Of a DNA stretch of 64,000 nt, positions 14,371 through 30,157 are shown piece after piece. The notes beneath the pieces are model-generated. The model saw only the letters and a program-made list of their open reading frames with translations, did not search any database and was not told the DNA's origin. This DNA is from the human T2T-CHM13v2.0 reference genome, Homo sapiens: the NCBI RefSeq assembly GCF_009914755.1, contig NC_060925.1; one strand, 5' to 3'. Each line of letters begins with the position of its first letter. Position 1 is the first letter of the stretch. Both the position numbers and the translations under genes were made by a program.

Positions 14371-16669
14371 TGATATGGTTGGGCTGTGTCCCCACTCAAA
14401 TCTCATCTCGAATTCTAGCTCCCATAATTACCACATGTTGTGGGAGGTACTTGGATCATGGGGACAGTTTCCTCCATGCTGTTATCATGATAATGAGTGA
14501 GTTCTCAAGAGATCTGATGGTTTAATAAGGGGCTCTTCCCCCTTCGCTCATCTGCCTTCTCTCTCTTTCTCTCTCACCTGCCACCATGTAAGTCATGCCT
14601 TTCACCTTCTGCCATAATTGTGAGGCCTCTCTAGCCACATGGAACTGTGAGTCCATTTAAACCTCTTTTTCTTTATAAATTACCCAGTCTCAGGTACGTC
14701 TTTATCAGCAGCATGAAACTGGACTAATACACTAAATTGGTACCAGGTAGGTGGGTGCTCTGTAAAGATACCCAAAAATGTGGAAGCAACTTTGGAACTG
14801 GGTAACAGGCAGAAGTTGGAACAGTTTGCAGGGCTCAGAAGAAGACAGGAAAATGTGGGAAAGTTTGGAACTTCCTAGAGACTTGTTGAATGGCTTTGAC
14901 AAAAATGCTAATAATAATATGGACAATGAAATCCAGGCTGAGGTAGTCTCAGATGGAGATGAGGAACTTGTTGGGAACTGGAGTAAAGGTGGCTCTTGCT
15001 ATATTTTAGTAAACAGACTGGTGGCATTTTGCCCCTGCCTTAGAGATTTGTGGAACTTTGAACTTGAAGGAAATGATTTAATGTATCTGGTGGAAAAAAT
15101 TTCTAAGCAGCAAAGCATTCAAGAGGTGACTTGGGTGCTGTTAAAAGCATTCAGTTTTAAAATGAAGTAGAGCATAAAAGTTCAGAAAATTTGCAGCTTG
15201 ATAATACAATAGAAAAGAAAAACCCATTTTCTGAGAAGAAATTCAAACTGGCTGCAGAAATTTGCATAAGTTACGAGGACCCAAATGTTAATCGCCAAGA
15301 CAATGGGGAAAATGTCTCCAGGGCATGTTAGAAACCTTTGCGGCAGCCCCTCCCATCACAGGCTGAGAAGCCTAAGAGGAAAAAATGGTTTCCTGGGCCA
15401 CGCCCAATGCCCCACTGCTGTGTGCAGTCTAGGAACTTGGTTCCCTGCATATCAGCTGCTCTAGCCATGGCTAACAGGGACCAAGGCACAGCTCAGGCCG
15501 TGGCTTCAGAGAATGCAAGCCCCAAGCCTTGGCAGCTTTCATGTGGTGTTGAGCCTGCAGGTGCACAGAAGTCAAGAACTGAGGTTTGGGAACCTCTGCC
15601 TAGAATTCAGAGGATGTATGGAAACACCTGGATGTTCAGGCAAAAATTTTCTGCAGGTGTGGGGCCCTCATGGAGAACCTCTGCTGGGGCAGTGGTTCTC
15701 AGTGGCCCCCTGGCACAGAGTCCCTACTGGGGCCCTGCCTAGTGGAGCTGTGAGAAGAGAACCACTATCCTCCAGACCCCAGAATGATAGATCACCAACA
15801 GCTTGCACCATGCACCGGGAAAAGCTGCAGACACTCAACACCAGCCCATGAAAGCAGTCAGGAGGGAGGCTATACCCTGCAAAGCCACAGAGGCAGGGCT
15901 GCCCAAGACCATGGGAACCCACCTCTTGTGTCAGCATGACCCGGCTGTGAGACATGGAGTGAAAGGAGATCATTTTGGAGCTTTAAGATTTGACTGCCCT
16001 GCTGGATTTTGGACTTGCATGGGACCTTTAGCCCCTTCATTCTGGCCAATTTCTCCCATTTGGAATGGGTATATTTATCCAATGCCTGTACCCCCATTGT
16101 GTCTAGGAAGTTACTAACTTGATTTTGATTTTACAGGCTCATAGGATAGGAGGAAGGGACTTGCCTTGTCTCAGGTGAGACTTTTGACTATGGACTTTTG
16201 AGTTAATCCTGAAATGAGTTAAAACTTTGGGGGACTGTTGGGAAGGCATGATTGGTTTTGAAATGTGAGGACATGATATCTGGGAGGAGCCAGGAGTGGA
16301 ATAATATGGTTTGGCTCTATCCCCACCCAAATCTCATCTTGAACTGTGGCTCCCATAATTTCCACATGTTGTGGGAGGGACCCAGTGGCAGATAATTGGA
16401 TCATGGGGGCAGATGCCCTCATGCTGTTCTCATGATACTGAGTGAGTTCTCTCAAGATCTGATGGTTTTATAAGGGGCTCTTCCTCCTTGGGTTTGTCTG
16501 CCCTCTCTCTCTTTCTTGCCTGCTGCCCTGTAAGACATGCCTTTCACCTTCTCCCATGATTGTGACGCTTTCTCAGCCATGTGCAACTGTGAGTCCATTA
16601 AACCTTTTTCTTTATAAATTACTCAGTCTTCGGTACGTCTTTATCAACAGTGTAAAATGGACTAATTCA
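14371..16669 (+). mobile_element. Full-length THE1 MaLR element (LTR 14371-14731, internal region, LTR 16302-16669)
   Basis: Two THE1 LTRs; TSD GGCCC on both sides; internal MaLR ORF remnant MWKQLWNWVTGRSWNSLQGSEEDRKMWESLELPRDLLNG... Confidence 0.93.
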
Positions 16670-16730
16670 GGCCCCACTTACAGTTTCTTCATTGAATTTA
16701 TCTGTTTGAAATTATATATTTATATGATTA

Positions 16731-17068
<338 letters not shown>

Positions 17069-17481
17069 CCCCATCTCTGGCTCCAGACTCTAAGCTCCTG
17101 GAGGCTAAGGACGGCTCTGTTTTGCTCACCATGGATTCCAGTCCAAGTAGAGTCTGGCACAAAGTAGGTACCTGGACTGATCCCTCCATGAACGAGGAGG
17201 GGTGGAGTGGGGTTCCTGAGTATTTCTTCAGTTACAAAAGACGTAAGTCATGGCCACGGATAGAGTCATGGGCTATTGCAAGCAACAGGGATTGTAGCTT
17301 TGGTTGGAATTATAGCTCATTGTGAAGACACTGGTGACCTCTCACTGTTTGTTACTTGAGTATATCTTTTATTAGTGGAATAGGAAGATAAGTTTACTAG
17401 GATTAAATCAATTCAGATGGATTTCATCAAGTCTTTTAAGTCATTGAGCTCTTGGGGTTAAAAACGAAAGCTCTCCCTGTG

Positions 17482-17500
17482 AGGCCACAAGGTGGCAGCA
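17482..17500 (+). promoter_or_regulatory. Candidate CTCF site
   Basis: AGGCCACAAGGTGGCAGCA closely matches the core CCACNAGGTGGCAG. Confidence 0.6.
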
Positions 17501-18961
17501 CAAAGCAGCAAGTCAAAGAGCACCCAGCTCCACTGCCTTCTTGAGAGGACCGGATGAAGACACTGGGCTGACCACCTGGGACAGAAACTAGGAAGCCTGG
17601 GTTCTGCCATCTTTGGCTTTAGCCAGGATTCCAAGAGACAGACATTTAGCTGCCTTGCGCCCCCACTTATCTACCCCTACAGTTGGAATAATGGAATTAT
17701 TCCATTCCTACTTCCCTATTCATTCATTCATTCGTTTGCTCGTTCATCTTTGAACAAACATCCAGAGACCCTTAGGTCTTGGCTGGGCACCGGGGACCCA
17801 GTGAGTAAGACCAGCCCTGCCCCTCCACAGTGTGGGAAGTGCTCTGACTGATCACTGGGCAAGGTGCGAGGGTTGCACCACAGGGCAGGAGGAGCCTTGG
17901 GTGTGGCAGGGCATTGGTGGAAGCCCAGGGAGATCCCACAGAGGGGTGGGGTGGGGCAGGGCTGGCATAGGCAGCAGAGGCTTCTGTGCAAGCAGGAAAG
18001 AGGGAGAGAAGCCACAGGTGGTGGCTAAGGGTGGTTGCAGTCTGAGGGGGAGAAAAGGGAGGTGGGAGAGGGGCTAGAGAGGTGGCAGGGGCCAGGTCAC
18101 AGAAGCTCTCCGGTTAAGGTGCTTGGCCTGTTTCCTGTGGAGGGTGTGAGGTCCCTGAAGAACTCTGATGAGGGCTTTGTGAGAAGAGAGGGAGACAGAC
18201 CTCCAGCATTGAGCTGGGAGACCAGGAAGAAGCTGAGGTTACTGCAGCATCAGTCATGGGCTAAGTAGTAGGCACCTGGAAGAAAAATGTTAGAAACTAG
18301 AATGCTCCTGGGGTTTTCTGTAACACAGAGGTTACTTGGACAAGATCAAATGGTGAACATGCTGTGTGTGTGTGCACGAACATGTGATTGATGACCCCCA
18401 TCCTTCCCTCTGGTAGCCCGTGCCTGCCCCAGTGGGTCCAGGGAAGAGCAGAGCAAAGCCCTTCCTGCCTGCTCATCAGAGCTGCCCCAGGCTTGAACAC
18501 TGGGGTGAGTGAATGCAGGACAACAAGTGTGCTTACTGCCAGGGAAGAGAAGCTGAGCCTTCGGACTGGACTTGGATCTGACCCCCCAACTCCACCTTGA
18601 ACTAGCTGGGAGAACTTGGGCGAGACTCTGCCCCTCTCTGAGCCTTGGGTCCTTCTTCTATTAAATGAGGAAATTGAATCTACTTCATGGAATTGTTGAG
18701 AAGGACCCAGCCCATGGTAGATCTCTAAATATGGGTAGTTTCCCACCCCTTCCGCCCCTTCATTCTTCCCCACCCTCACCCATTCTGACGATGCTGGCAG
18801 CCAGCTGGGTGGTGATTCAGGGAGACTGTGGCTAATGCAGCTCACCTGTAAGGGATGACGTTCAAATCAGCCCAACAGACTGGCCTGACGGTCACTGGGC
18901 CATGATGGGGAGGTTTGGAGATTGTTAATGCACCTTGGGACTCTGGTCTTCCATGAGTTGA

Positions 18962-22227
<3,266 letters not shown>

Positions 22228-23050
22228 CATATATATTAGTTCTTATATTCCCTTTATATATCCATCTTGTACATTTTCCCTATTTTCCTCCCTTTTAGTC
22301 ATGTCCTGGAGTTGGAAACTTGCCCTGGAGTGTTTCAACAAGGAAATTTCCATTGCTCATATTTCCCTTCCAAAAGGTTGACTCTGATCACGGTGTGGAG
22401 AGCTGGTGCAGGCCTGTGAGTGGGGGGGCTTTGAAGCTGTCCAGGGCAGACATATTAGTGGCTTGAACTAGGACAATGAGCAAGAGGGAGAGAAAGGGAG
22501 GGATGCACAAGTTATTTAGGCGTGGTAATGGTGGGGCTGGGTGTAGGACGAGGAGGATCCCCGGGGGTGGAAGTGAATGTCATAGCTAGGCTCGTGGAAC
22601 TGGGAGGAGGGAGCTGGAGCAGGGAGGGGGATGCGGCCCTCGCAGGAGCACAGGACATGGCTGCCCCTGGGATCAGCCTTGGCAGATGGCCAGACGGCCA
22701 GTGCTCAGCACAGAGCCTGGCATAGTGGCTGCGGAATGAGTGAAAGCTGAAGTTCTGGACCCTGAAAGAAGGAGGGAGAAGGAAGGGCATGGCAGGAACC
22801 ACCAAGTAGGCAGCTTGACCACATCGTGCCTGAGAGTGCCTGACAGTGCCAGGTGCCTCGGCCCCGGGCCATGAACGATCGTTTGTGAGCCTTCTGAGCT
22901 GCAGGCGGGCGACTGAGAACAGCCTGGCGGGCTGAGCCCCTGGTCCTGAGGACGCAGCCGTGTATTTTTTCCCCTGTGGCTCACGGGGCCTGGGAAGCAC
23001 AATGTCCTCCATTTACCGCAACTCCTCAATTAGACATGTGATGGCGGAAC

Positions 23051-23070
23051 TCATCACTAGGTGGCGCTCA
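23051..23070 (+). promoter_or_regulatory. Candidate CTCF site
   Basis: TCATCACTAGGTGGCGCTCA matches the CTCF core with one mismatch. Confidence 0.55.
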
Positions 23071-23354
23071 TAGGCTTTTTGTATTTTTTCCCATCCTTCT
23101 GTGACAAAGCTGGGATTCTTGCTGTGTTGCTGAACAAACAGAACCCTGACTTAGTCTTCACAAGTTACGAAACTGACCCAAGGGCTGTGCTGTTTTCAAT
23201 TCTACCATGCTGCAACTATCCCTCCCGCAGCCTGGGAAACAGGGTAGGATTCCAAGAACAAATAAAGGCCCTCCTTCAACAACCCCATGGCATCCGCCAG
23301 CCGCCCAATAGTGCTGGACTCTGACCAAGCGGTGAGACCTCGGGCAAGTCATTT

Positions 23355-24086
23355 TGCAACCGTCCATTGGATTCACCTTGCCCGCTGCATAGACACAGCC
23401 GATTTATTAAGACAGGGGAAATGCAGTGGAGAAAGAGTAATTCATGCAGAGCCGGCTGTGCGGGAGACCGGAGTTTTATTATTACTCAAATCAGTCTCCC
23501 TGAGCATTTCGGCATCAGAGTTTTTAAAGATAATTTGGCAGGTAGGGGCTTCGGAAGTGGGGAATGCTGGTTGGTGAGATTGGAGATGGAATCCTAGGGG
23601 GTCGAAGTGAGTTTTTCTTGCTGTTTTCTGTTCCTGGGTGGGATGGCAGAACTGGTTGAGCCAGATTACCAGTCTGGGTGGTGTCAGCTGATCCATCGAG
23701 TGCAGGGTCTGCAAAATATTTCAAGCACTAGTCTTAGCTTTTACAATAGTGATGTTATCCCCAGGAGCAATTTGGGGAGGTTCAGACTGTTGGAGTCAGA
23801 GGCTGCATGACTCCCTAAACGGTAATTTCTAATCTTATAGATAATTTGTTAGTCCTGCACGGGCAGACTGGTCCCCAGGTGAGAAGGAGGTCTTTTCGGG
23901 AAAGGGCTATTATCAATTTTGTTTCAGAGTCAAGCCATGAGCTGAATTCCTTCCCAAAGTTAGTTCGGCCTACGCCCAGGAATGAACAAGGACAGCTTAA
24001 AGGTTAGAAGCAAGATGGAGTCGGTTAGGTCTGATTTCTTTCACTCTCATAATTTCCTCAGTTAAAATTTTGCAAAGGTGGTTTCA
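23355..24086 (-). mobile_element. LTR8-like solo LTR inserted in a MIR
   Basis: Minus strand starts TGAAACCACCTTTGCAAAATT; TSD ATTT; MIR halves on both sides. Confidence 0.85.
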
Positions 24087-24227
24087 ATTTAACCTCTCAG
24101 AACCAAGTTTTCTTCAAGTGGGAAATGGGGATAAGAATCATTCCTCTCTTGTCCTGAGTTAAGATACATGTGAGAAAAAAAAAATCATAGAGTTCGTGGG
24201 AGAAGTAAGAGCAAACAGAAGCAGTAC

Positions 24228-24865
24228 TGTCAGAAGCATTTGAACCAGAGCAATTCCATCTTGAATAGGAGCTGGGTAAAATTAGGCTGAAACCTACTGG
24301 CCTGCATTCCCAGAAGGTTAGGCATTCTAAGTCACAGGATGAGATACGAGGTCGGCACAAGATACAGGTAATAAAGACCTTGCTGATACAACAGGTTGCA
24401 GTAAAGAAGCCGGCCAAAACCTACTAAAACCAAGATGGCCATGAGAGTGACCTCTGGTCGTCCTCACTGCTACACTCCCACCAGCGCCATGACAGTTTAC
24501 AAATGCCACGGTAACGTCAGGAAGTTATTCTATATGGTCTAAAAAGGGAAGGCATGAATAATCCACCCTTTGTTTAGCATTTCATCAAGAAATAACTATA
24601 AAAATGGGTAACCAGCAGCCCTTGGTGGGCTGCTCTGTCAGTGGAGTAGCCATTCTTTATTCCTTTACTTTCTTAATAAATTTGCTTTCACTTTACTGTA
24701 TGGACTCGTCCAAACTCGTTCTTGCATGAGATCCAAGAACCCTTTCTTGGGGCCTGGATTGGGACCCCTTTCCTGCAACATCTTTCTCGAGACCACAAAA
24801 GGGCAATACTGAGGAAAACCCTGACCCAAAGGCTAACTTTGGATAAGTTGTGGGGTCCAGGAACA
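24228..24865 (+). mobile_element. MER41 LTR (MER41A-like core to 24780 plus an 85-bp tail)
   Basis: TGTCAGAAGCATTTGAACCAGAGCAATTCCATCTTGAATAGG start; AATAAA; CCTGCAACA end, then a tail ending CCAGGAACA; flanks GTAC/CTAC. Confidence 0.85.
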
Positions 24866-27079
24866 CTACTGTATTTTATTAATAAAATGTTTTTATCAGA
24901 GCCTCCAGAACCCAGCCCTGCACTGCCACCTTGGTTGGATTCCTCCAGCCACATTTACAGAGCTCACACTCCCCACCTGCCCCCATGCATGCTGGAGGGA
25001 AGGGAGAGATAAAGGTGATGCTGTGGCTGTCTCAGGTGCCCGCAGCCTGTAGGAGTCTCCCTTGAGGATGGGTCCTCCCTGGGCATAGAATTGTGAGTGA
25101 CGTCCCTTAGGTCTCACAGTCAATGTGTGGGCTGTCTAGGGCCGCATCCTGAGTGTCCTGACTTCAGCTCTCCAAGACAGAACAGGATACCTGGCCAGGA
25201 TCTGTTAACACCTTGGCATTAGGTTGGCTGGTCCTGGTGAATGGAGGCCACAGTTTGAACTCCAACATGGGAATTTACAAGAAAACAGTGTCCAAGTGCT
25301 TCCAAATGTCACATGGTTTCCTGCAGGTCTAGGCCTTTGCAAAACCATAACAGGAGTCACTGTCCACTTGATGACTCAGGGCCTCCTGGACAGGAACCAC
25401 GTGATGTACCTCTCCTTGAATAAAGTTCCCAGGAAGGGTTTACCTCTGTGCACAAGGTTTAGTCTGGTTTTTCTTCTTTGGAGAGAGACACCAAGTGAGC
25501 CTGGCTTTTCCTCGATTCTGCTAAGCCAGAGAATGGCTGGAAGTCAGGTTTGGCTCTGGTAGTTCTCAGATGCCTGGTATCAGCAGCTCTCTCTGTCTCT
25601 TTCCAACAGGGATCTCCCCACTGGGAAGTATAGCATTGTGGCCGTGAGCATGTGCTCTGAAGCCACACTGGGTTCAATTCCCAGCTCTACTTCTTGTTAA
25701 AGCTATGTCCACTTGGTTAAGTGACTTAACTTTACTGTGCCTCAGTTTCCCCGTCTGTAAAATGGGTTGCTCTGAGTATTAAATGAGTTTATTTTGTAAA
25801 GTGCTTAGAACAGTGCCCATTATATAATAACTGGTATGTAAGTGTAGGCTGTTCTGTGTCTCTTCCAGTTGTCTTACTTTGCCCTCTAAGTAGAGATGCA
25901 ATAGAGAGTGAGGGACACAAACATTAATAAGGCAGCATGATCTCTGAAGCACTTTACATATGTAATTCGTGAAGCTCTTAATATTCATACAAGGTAGGCA
26001 CGCTCACCCGCATTTGGCTTATGAGGATACAGAGTCTCATTGTGGGGAAGTAATTCTTGCAAGGTCACCTCTGCTGTGGGGAAGCTTCTAAGACCTCAGC
26101 ACCCTTGGTGGGGCATTCTCTTCTGACCTCCTTGTCTCCTGGCCCAAGGCTGCTAGGCCCTCAGCTGTCTCTCAGTTCACTCCTCACTCTAATCTGTCTG
26201 GTCTTGGAGTCAGGACAGTCATCAGGAGTATTAGAGTAAATACACTGCTTGCTCTAACAAATAACCTCCGCTCTCAACACTTACCACACTGGAGATTACT
26301 CACTCACATCACAGTTTAATAAAAATCAGGTATGGTGTGTGGGGAGAATCCTGTTCCACACAGTCACTCAAGGACTCAGGATCCTTCCATCTAATGGCCT
26401 TGCCACCTTTGCCACCCTCCAAGGGCTCAGAGTGCCCCCCGCCTCAGGTCCTCTGCATTTGGTGAGCCAACAAAGGAAGAGGGAGAGCATAGAGGCTTGG
26501 AGGGTGGCCTATGAGGAGAGAGACTGTCTGCTTCATCTGAATCTCACTCCTGCCCAGGAGACATGAAATGCATGCTTGCTAAACTGAGGGGCTCATCATG
26601 GGGAAACTTGAAGGACACCTAACTCTGCCTGGGAAAGGTGGGTAAGTGTTCAACAAAACGGGAACATCTTAGTCAGGTCTTGAAGAGTGAATAAGAGTTC
26701 TCTGGATAAGGAGGAGGGAAAGGCATTCTGGGCAGGAGGAACAACGTGTGCAAAGACACATCAGGAAAGTGCCCGGCAGGCAAAGGCAGGACAGGTAAGG
26801 AAACAACAGGCAGAGTCATGGAGTGTGAGGTGGGGGCTGCAGGGAGGAGGCTGGAGAGGCAAGCAGAGCTGGACTTCGGAGGTTTCTGTTCCTCCTTGCT
26901 TTCTATCCTTCAAGTCCCAGCCCCAGGTTCCTTCCCCAGGACTCTAAGATGTGGGAATCCCTCCCTTCTGTCCTCAGAAACACTGATGTTCAGGGCATTT
27001 TAACCTGGAATGATCCAATGTGACCTTCACAGCAGCCCAGTGAGGTGGAAAGGACATAGGTAATTATAGTCCCCATTGC

Positions 27080-27570
27080 TTTTATATTCTGATTGTTTAT
27101 TAGGGGCTTATTTCAAAAAGTTGACTTTTGTTTATTGAAGTTGTATATGGTAAACTTGCTAACTTCATCTACAGATGCTTTTGGATTTGCTAGGTAGACA
27201 ATCATGTGCAAATAATCACAGTCCTATTTCTTCCTGTTTTTATTTATTTTCCTTACCTTATTGCACTAGCGACCATCTCCAATAAAATGTAATACAATCA
27301 ATGCCAGTGGACATCCTTGTCTCTTTCCTCATCTCAGTGGGAAAACTTTCAATATTTCACTATTAATTAAAATATTTGCTTACAGACATTTAAAATGTTT
27401 GCTTAAAAGTAGGTACCTTTTATCAGATTAAATATTTCCTCTTATTCTAGACTGCTAATTCTTAAAAAAATCATAAATCGGCGTTGAATTTTATCAAATG
27501 CTTTTCCTCCATCTGGTAAAATAATCTTATAGATTTTTCTACTTTTTCTGTTAATGAGATAATCATCAGT
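27080..27570 (-). mobile_element. Old L1 (L1M) fragment, continuing at ~36177-36830
   Basis: T-rich antisense L1 ORF2-like sequence (GGACATCCTTGTCTCTTTCC..., TTGAATTTTATCAAATGCTTTT). Confidence 0.7.
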
Positions 27571-28136
27571 GCTTTCATCAGTGGTGCTCAACTGATGTTA
27601 ATTTTTCTCTCTAGGGGACATTTGGCAATTTCTGGAGACATTTTTTATTAACTCAGCTGGGTGTGTGTGTGTGTGTGTGTGTGATTGGTATTTAGTGCAT
27701 AGAAGCCAGGGGTGTTGTTAAACCTTCTACAATGCACAGAAAATGCCCTCCACAACAAAGAATGATCCAATAGTGAAGCAGGAAAATAGGTCTGGAGCCA
27801 GGGAACATAAGTCTGATTCACACTTCAGCTATGACAGGAAATATCCTCTCCATAGGGTGTATGCCAAGTAAATAACTTTGTAACTTTACTTCCTCCTCTT
27901 CATTTACATAGGGCATAAACCAAGTAACCAGTGAGATCCTCTCGAGGGTATTTAAACTGCCCAAAATTCTGTAATGGGGCCCCTGAGGCCCTATGCTCAG
28001 GCCCACTGCCACACTGTGGAGTAAACTTTCATTTTCAGTAAATTTCTTCATTCTTTCCTTGCTTTGTTTGTGTGTTTTGTCCAATTCTTTGTTCAAGATG
28101 CCAAGAACCTGGCCACCCTTCACCGGGAACATATTT

Positions 28137-28154
28137 TGGTGAGCCTGCCAGGAG
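28137..28154 (+). other. Primer-binding site, tRNA-Arg(ACG)
   Basis: TGGTGAGCCTGCCAGGAG versus TGGCGAGCCAGCCAGGAG (16/18). Confidence 0.75.
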
Positions 28155-29400
28155 AAATTCCAGGAGAAGTTAGGCCCAAAGTTTGGGATTTATTTTTCTC
28201 CTTTTCCCTTTTCTTTCTGCTCCATACAGGGGAATCTGTCTCTGTCTCTCTCTTTTCCTTTCCAACTCAAGACCCTTGGTGGACTATGCCTAAACACAGA
28301 AGCAACTGCAGGTTTCTGGCCATGGTTGGTGAAACTAAGGGGTTCCCATATGGAGGTGCCTAACCGCCACCACCCTGTTCGCTTAAGGGACCAGGGTTGT
28401 TTTTTTTTCTTCCCCCTTTCTTTTTCAGTCTTTCAGCCACTATTTCCTAGTAGCTCTTTGGAAATTGAGGGCAATTGGCTGGGGTCATTCCCTGGTATTG
28501 CCTGAAGGCCAAGGAGTGAATGGGAATAATTGCCCTAACTGGAAGGGGAAAGGACTCTTTTTTAAAAAAATATTTTCTGCTTGTGGTCCCTGGTCCCTAC
28601 ATGTGATCCAGTGCAGAGCAAACTCACACGTTTCAGGTGACTTAAACCATTTTTTTATGCTAAATTCTTTCCTTCCCCTATTCAACTGGCTAAGGGCAAA
28701 AGAAGCCTACCCAGCCTCCAGTTCCTATCATTAAAGTTCATGGAATGGGAAACATGGGAAAGCGTGGCCTTAACAAATTATAAGGATGCTAAAAGTTGGA
28801 GATTACACCCAGGTACCGAGAGAAAGCTCATAGTAGGCTCTGGAGGGAAAGCATGCAAAGTGGCACCTGTGCCCACCTAAGGTCAGAGACTTGTAATACT
28901 CTAAGATTGGACCCCACAGGAGGACGGATGCTCCAGGGGATCCTACAGACCTCAACCTCCCTGAAGGGGATGCTCTTGGCAGAGGTTCTGAGGTCTAGTA
29001 ATAAGCCCTCCTTATAATTTTCTCTCACAGTTGCAATGCTGTTTGGACCCAACATTGTTTGGAATCTGGAGTTTACCGTTGAATGAGAAAGTGGAATGGC
29101 ATTGCATGTATCCAGGCTTTTGTGCTGCTGTTCTAAGAAGGGAGCCTGGTTAATGTGTGACACTCTCCTTTGGTGCTGTTTGGAGCCCCAGCACTCTTTG
29201 GAGTCTGGGGAAATTCGGCCTTTAAAAATCAAATTGCCATGGAGACTGCCTTACGTGAAATTTTGGTTCACAGCCTTCATTGGATTATCTATTGGTGCAA
29301 ACAAAGTAAAAACAACGAGCTTGTATTACTGTCTCATGGCTAAGGTTCCAAGCTATTGGATCTTTGTTTGTGTGTGTATCTACATGTCTTTGTATTGCTG

Positions 29401-30078
29401 TGAGAAATGGGAAAGTTCTTCTTCAAAGATTATAAAAAGTCATAATTTCTTCTTATAACACTGTTAACCACTATTAGTGTGTACATATGTGTGTGTGTAT
29501 ATATATACACATATATATATTTGATATATATACATATATATTTGATATATATATACACATATATATTTGATATATATATACACATATATATCTGATATAT
29601 ATATGTGTATATATATATACACATATATATATCTGATATATATGTGTATATATATATATATTCCAAATCAGCTGTCCTAGCTTGCTCCGGCATACCTGGA
29701 CAGAACTAGGCAAGCCCCAGCCCATAGTGCATGCCATTCCTTATTTGGAGATTCTTCCTTAACTATCCCTAGATAACTTCCTTTTCTTTCTTTGTTCTGT
29801 TCCCCTTACCTAATTAAGAAAGTTTTAAGCTAATAGCCACAATCGGGTAAAGTGTAAAGTGTGAGGTCCTATTCCAGCCAGTGGAAACTGGACACAGCAG
29901 TAGGGTAAATGCATCAGATTATAAATAACTCTGTCTCCTTTGTTCGGTGTTCTCTTGTGGCTGGACAGCTACTGAGTAGCACCCTTTCTGCAGAAAGTAA
30001 AGCTCGCCTTGCTGAGAGATCATTTGTTCCTGCATTAATTCTTTTTTTTTTGTGACACCGAAATCTTAATTCACAACA
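29401..30078 (+). mobile_element. HERV-K (class II)-type LTR, tentatively LTR14-like, containing a TA-rich microsatellite
   Basis: TG...CA ends (TGAGAAATGG...TTCACAACA); TATAAATA near 29920; AGTAAA polyA-like signal near 29996; followed by a Lys1,2 PBS; 6-bp TSD TTGCTG/TTGCTA around the composite unit. Confidence 0.75.
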
Positions 30079-30081
30079 ATT

Positions 30082-30157
30082 TGGCACCAAACGTGGGGCT
30101 CAAACCCATGACCCTGAGATTAAGAGTCTCATGCTCTACCGACTGAGCTAGCTGGGC
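30082..30157 (-). tRNA. tRNA-Lys(CTT) retrocopy/pseudogene with encoded CCA
   Basis: Reverse complement is GCCCAGCTAGCTCAGTCGGTAGAGCATGAGACTCTTAATCTCAGGGTCATGGGTTTGAGCCCCACGTTTGGTGCCA; anticodon CTT; B-box TTCGA changed to TTTGA; most differences from Lys1,2 are CpG decay. Confidence 0.92.

Noticed and set aside
27774-28131. p53 response element in the MER61 LTR
   Set aside because: Some MER61 subfamilies carry one, but the candidate half-sites here (GGGCATAAAC; GGGCATACAC in the 3' LTR) lack the CWWG core
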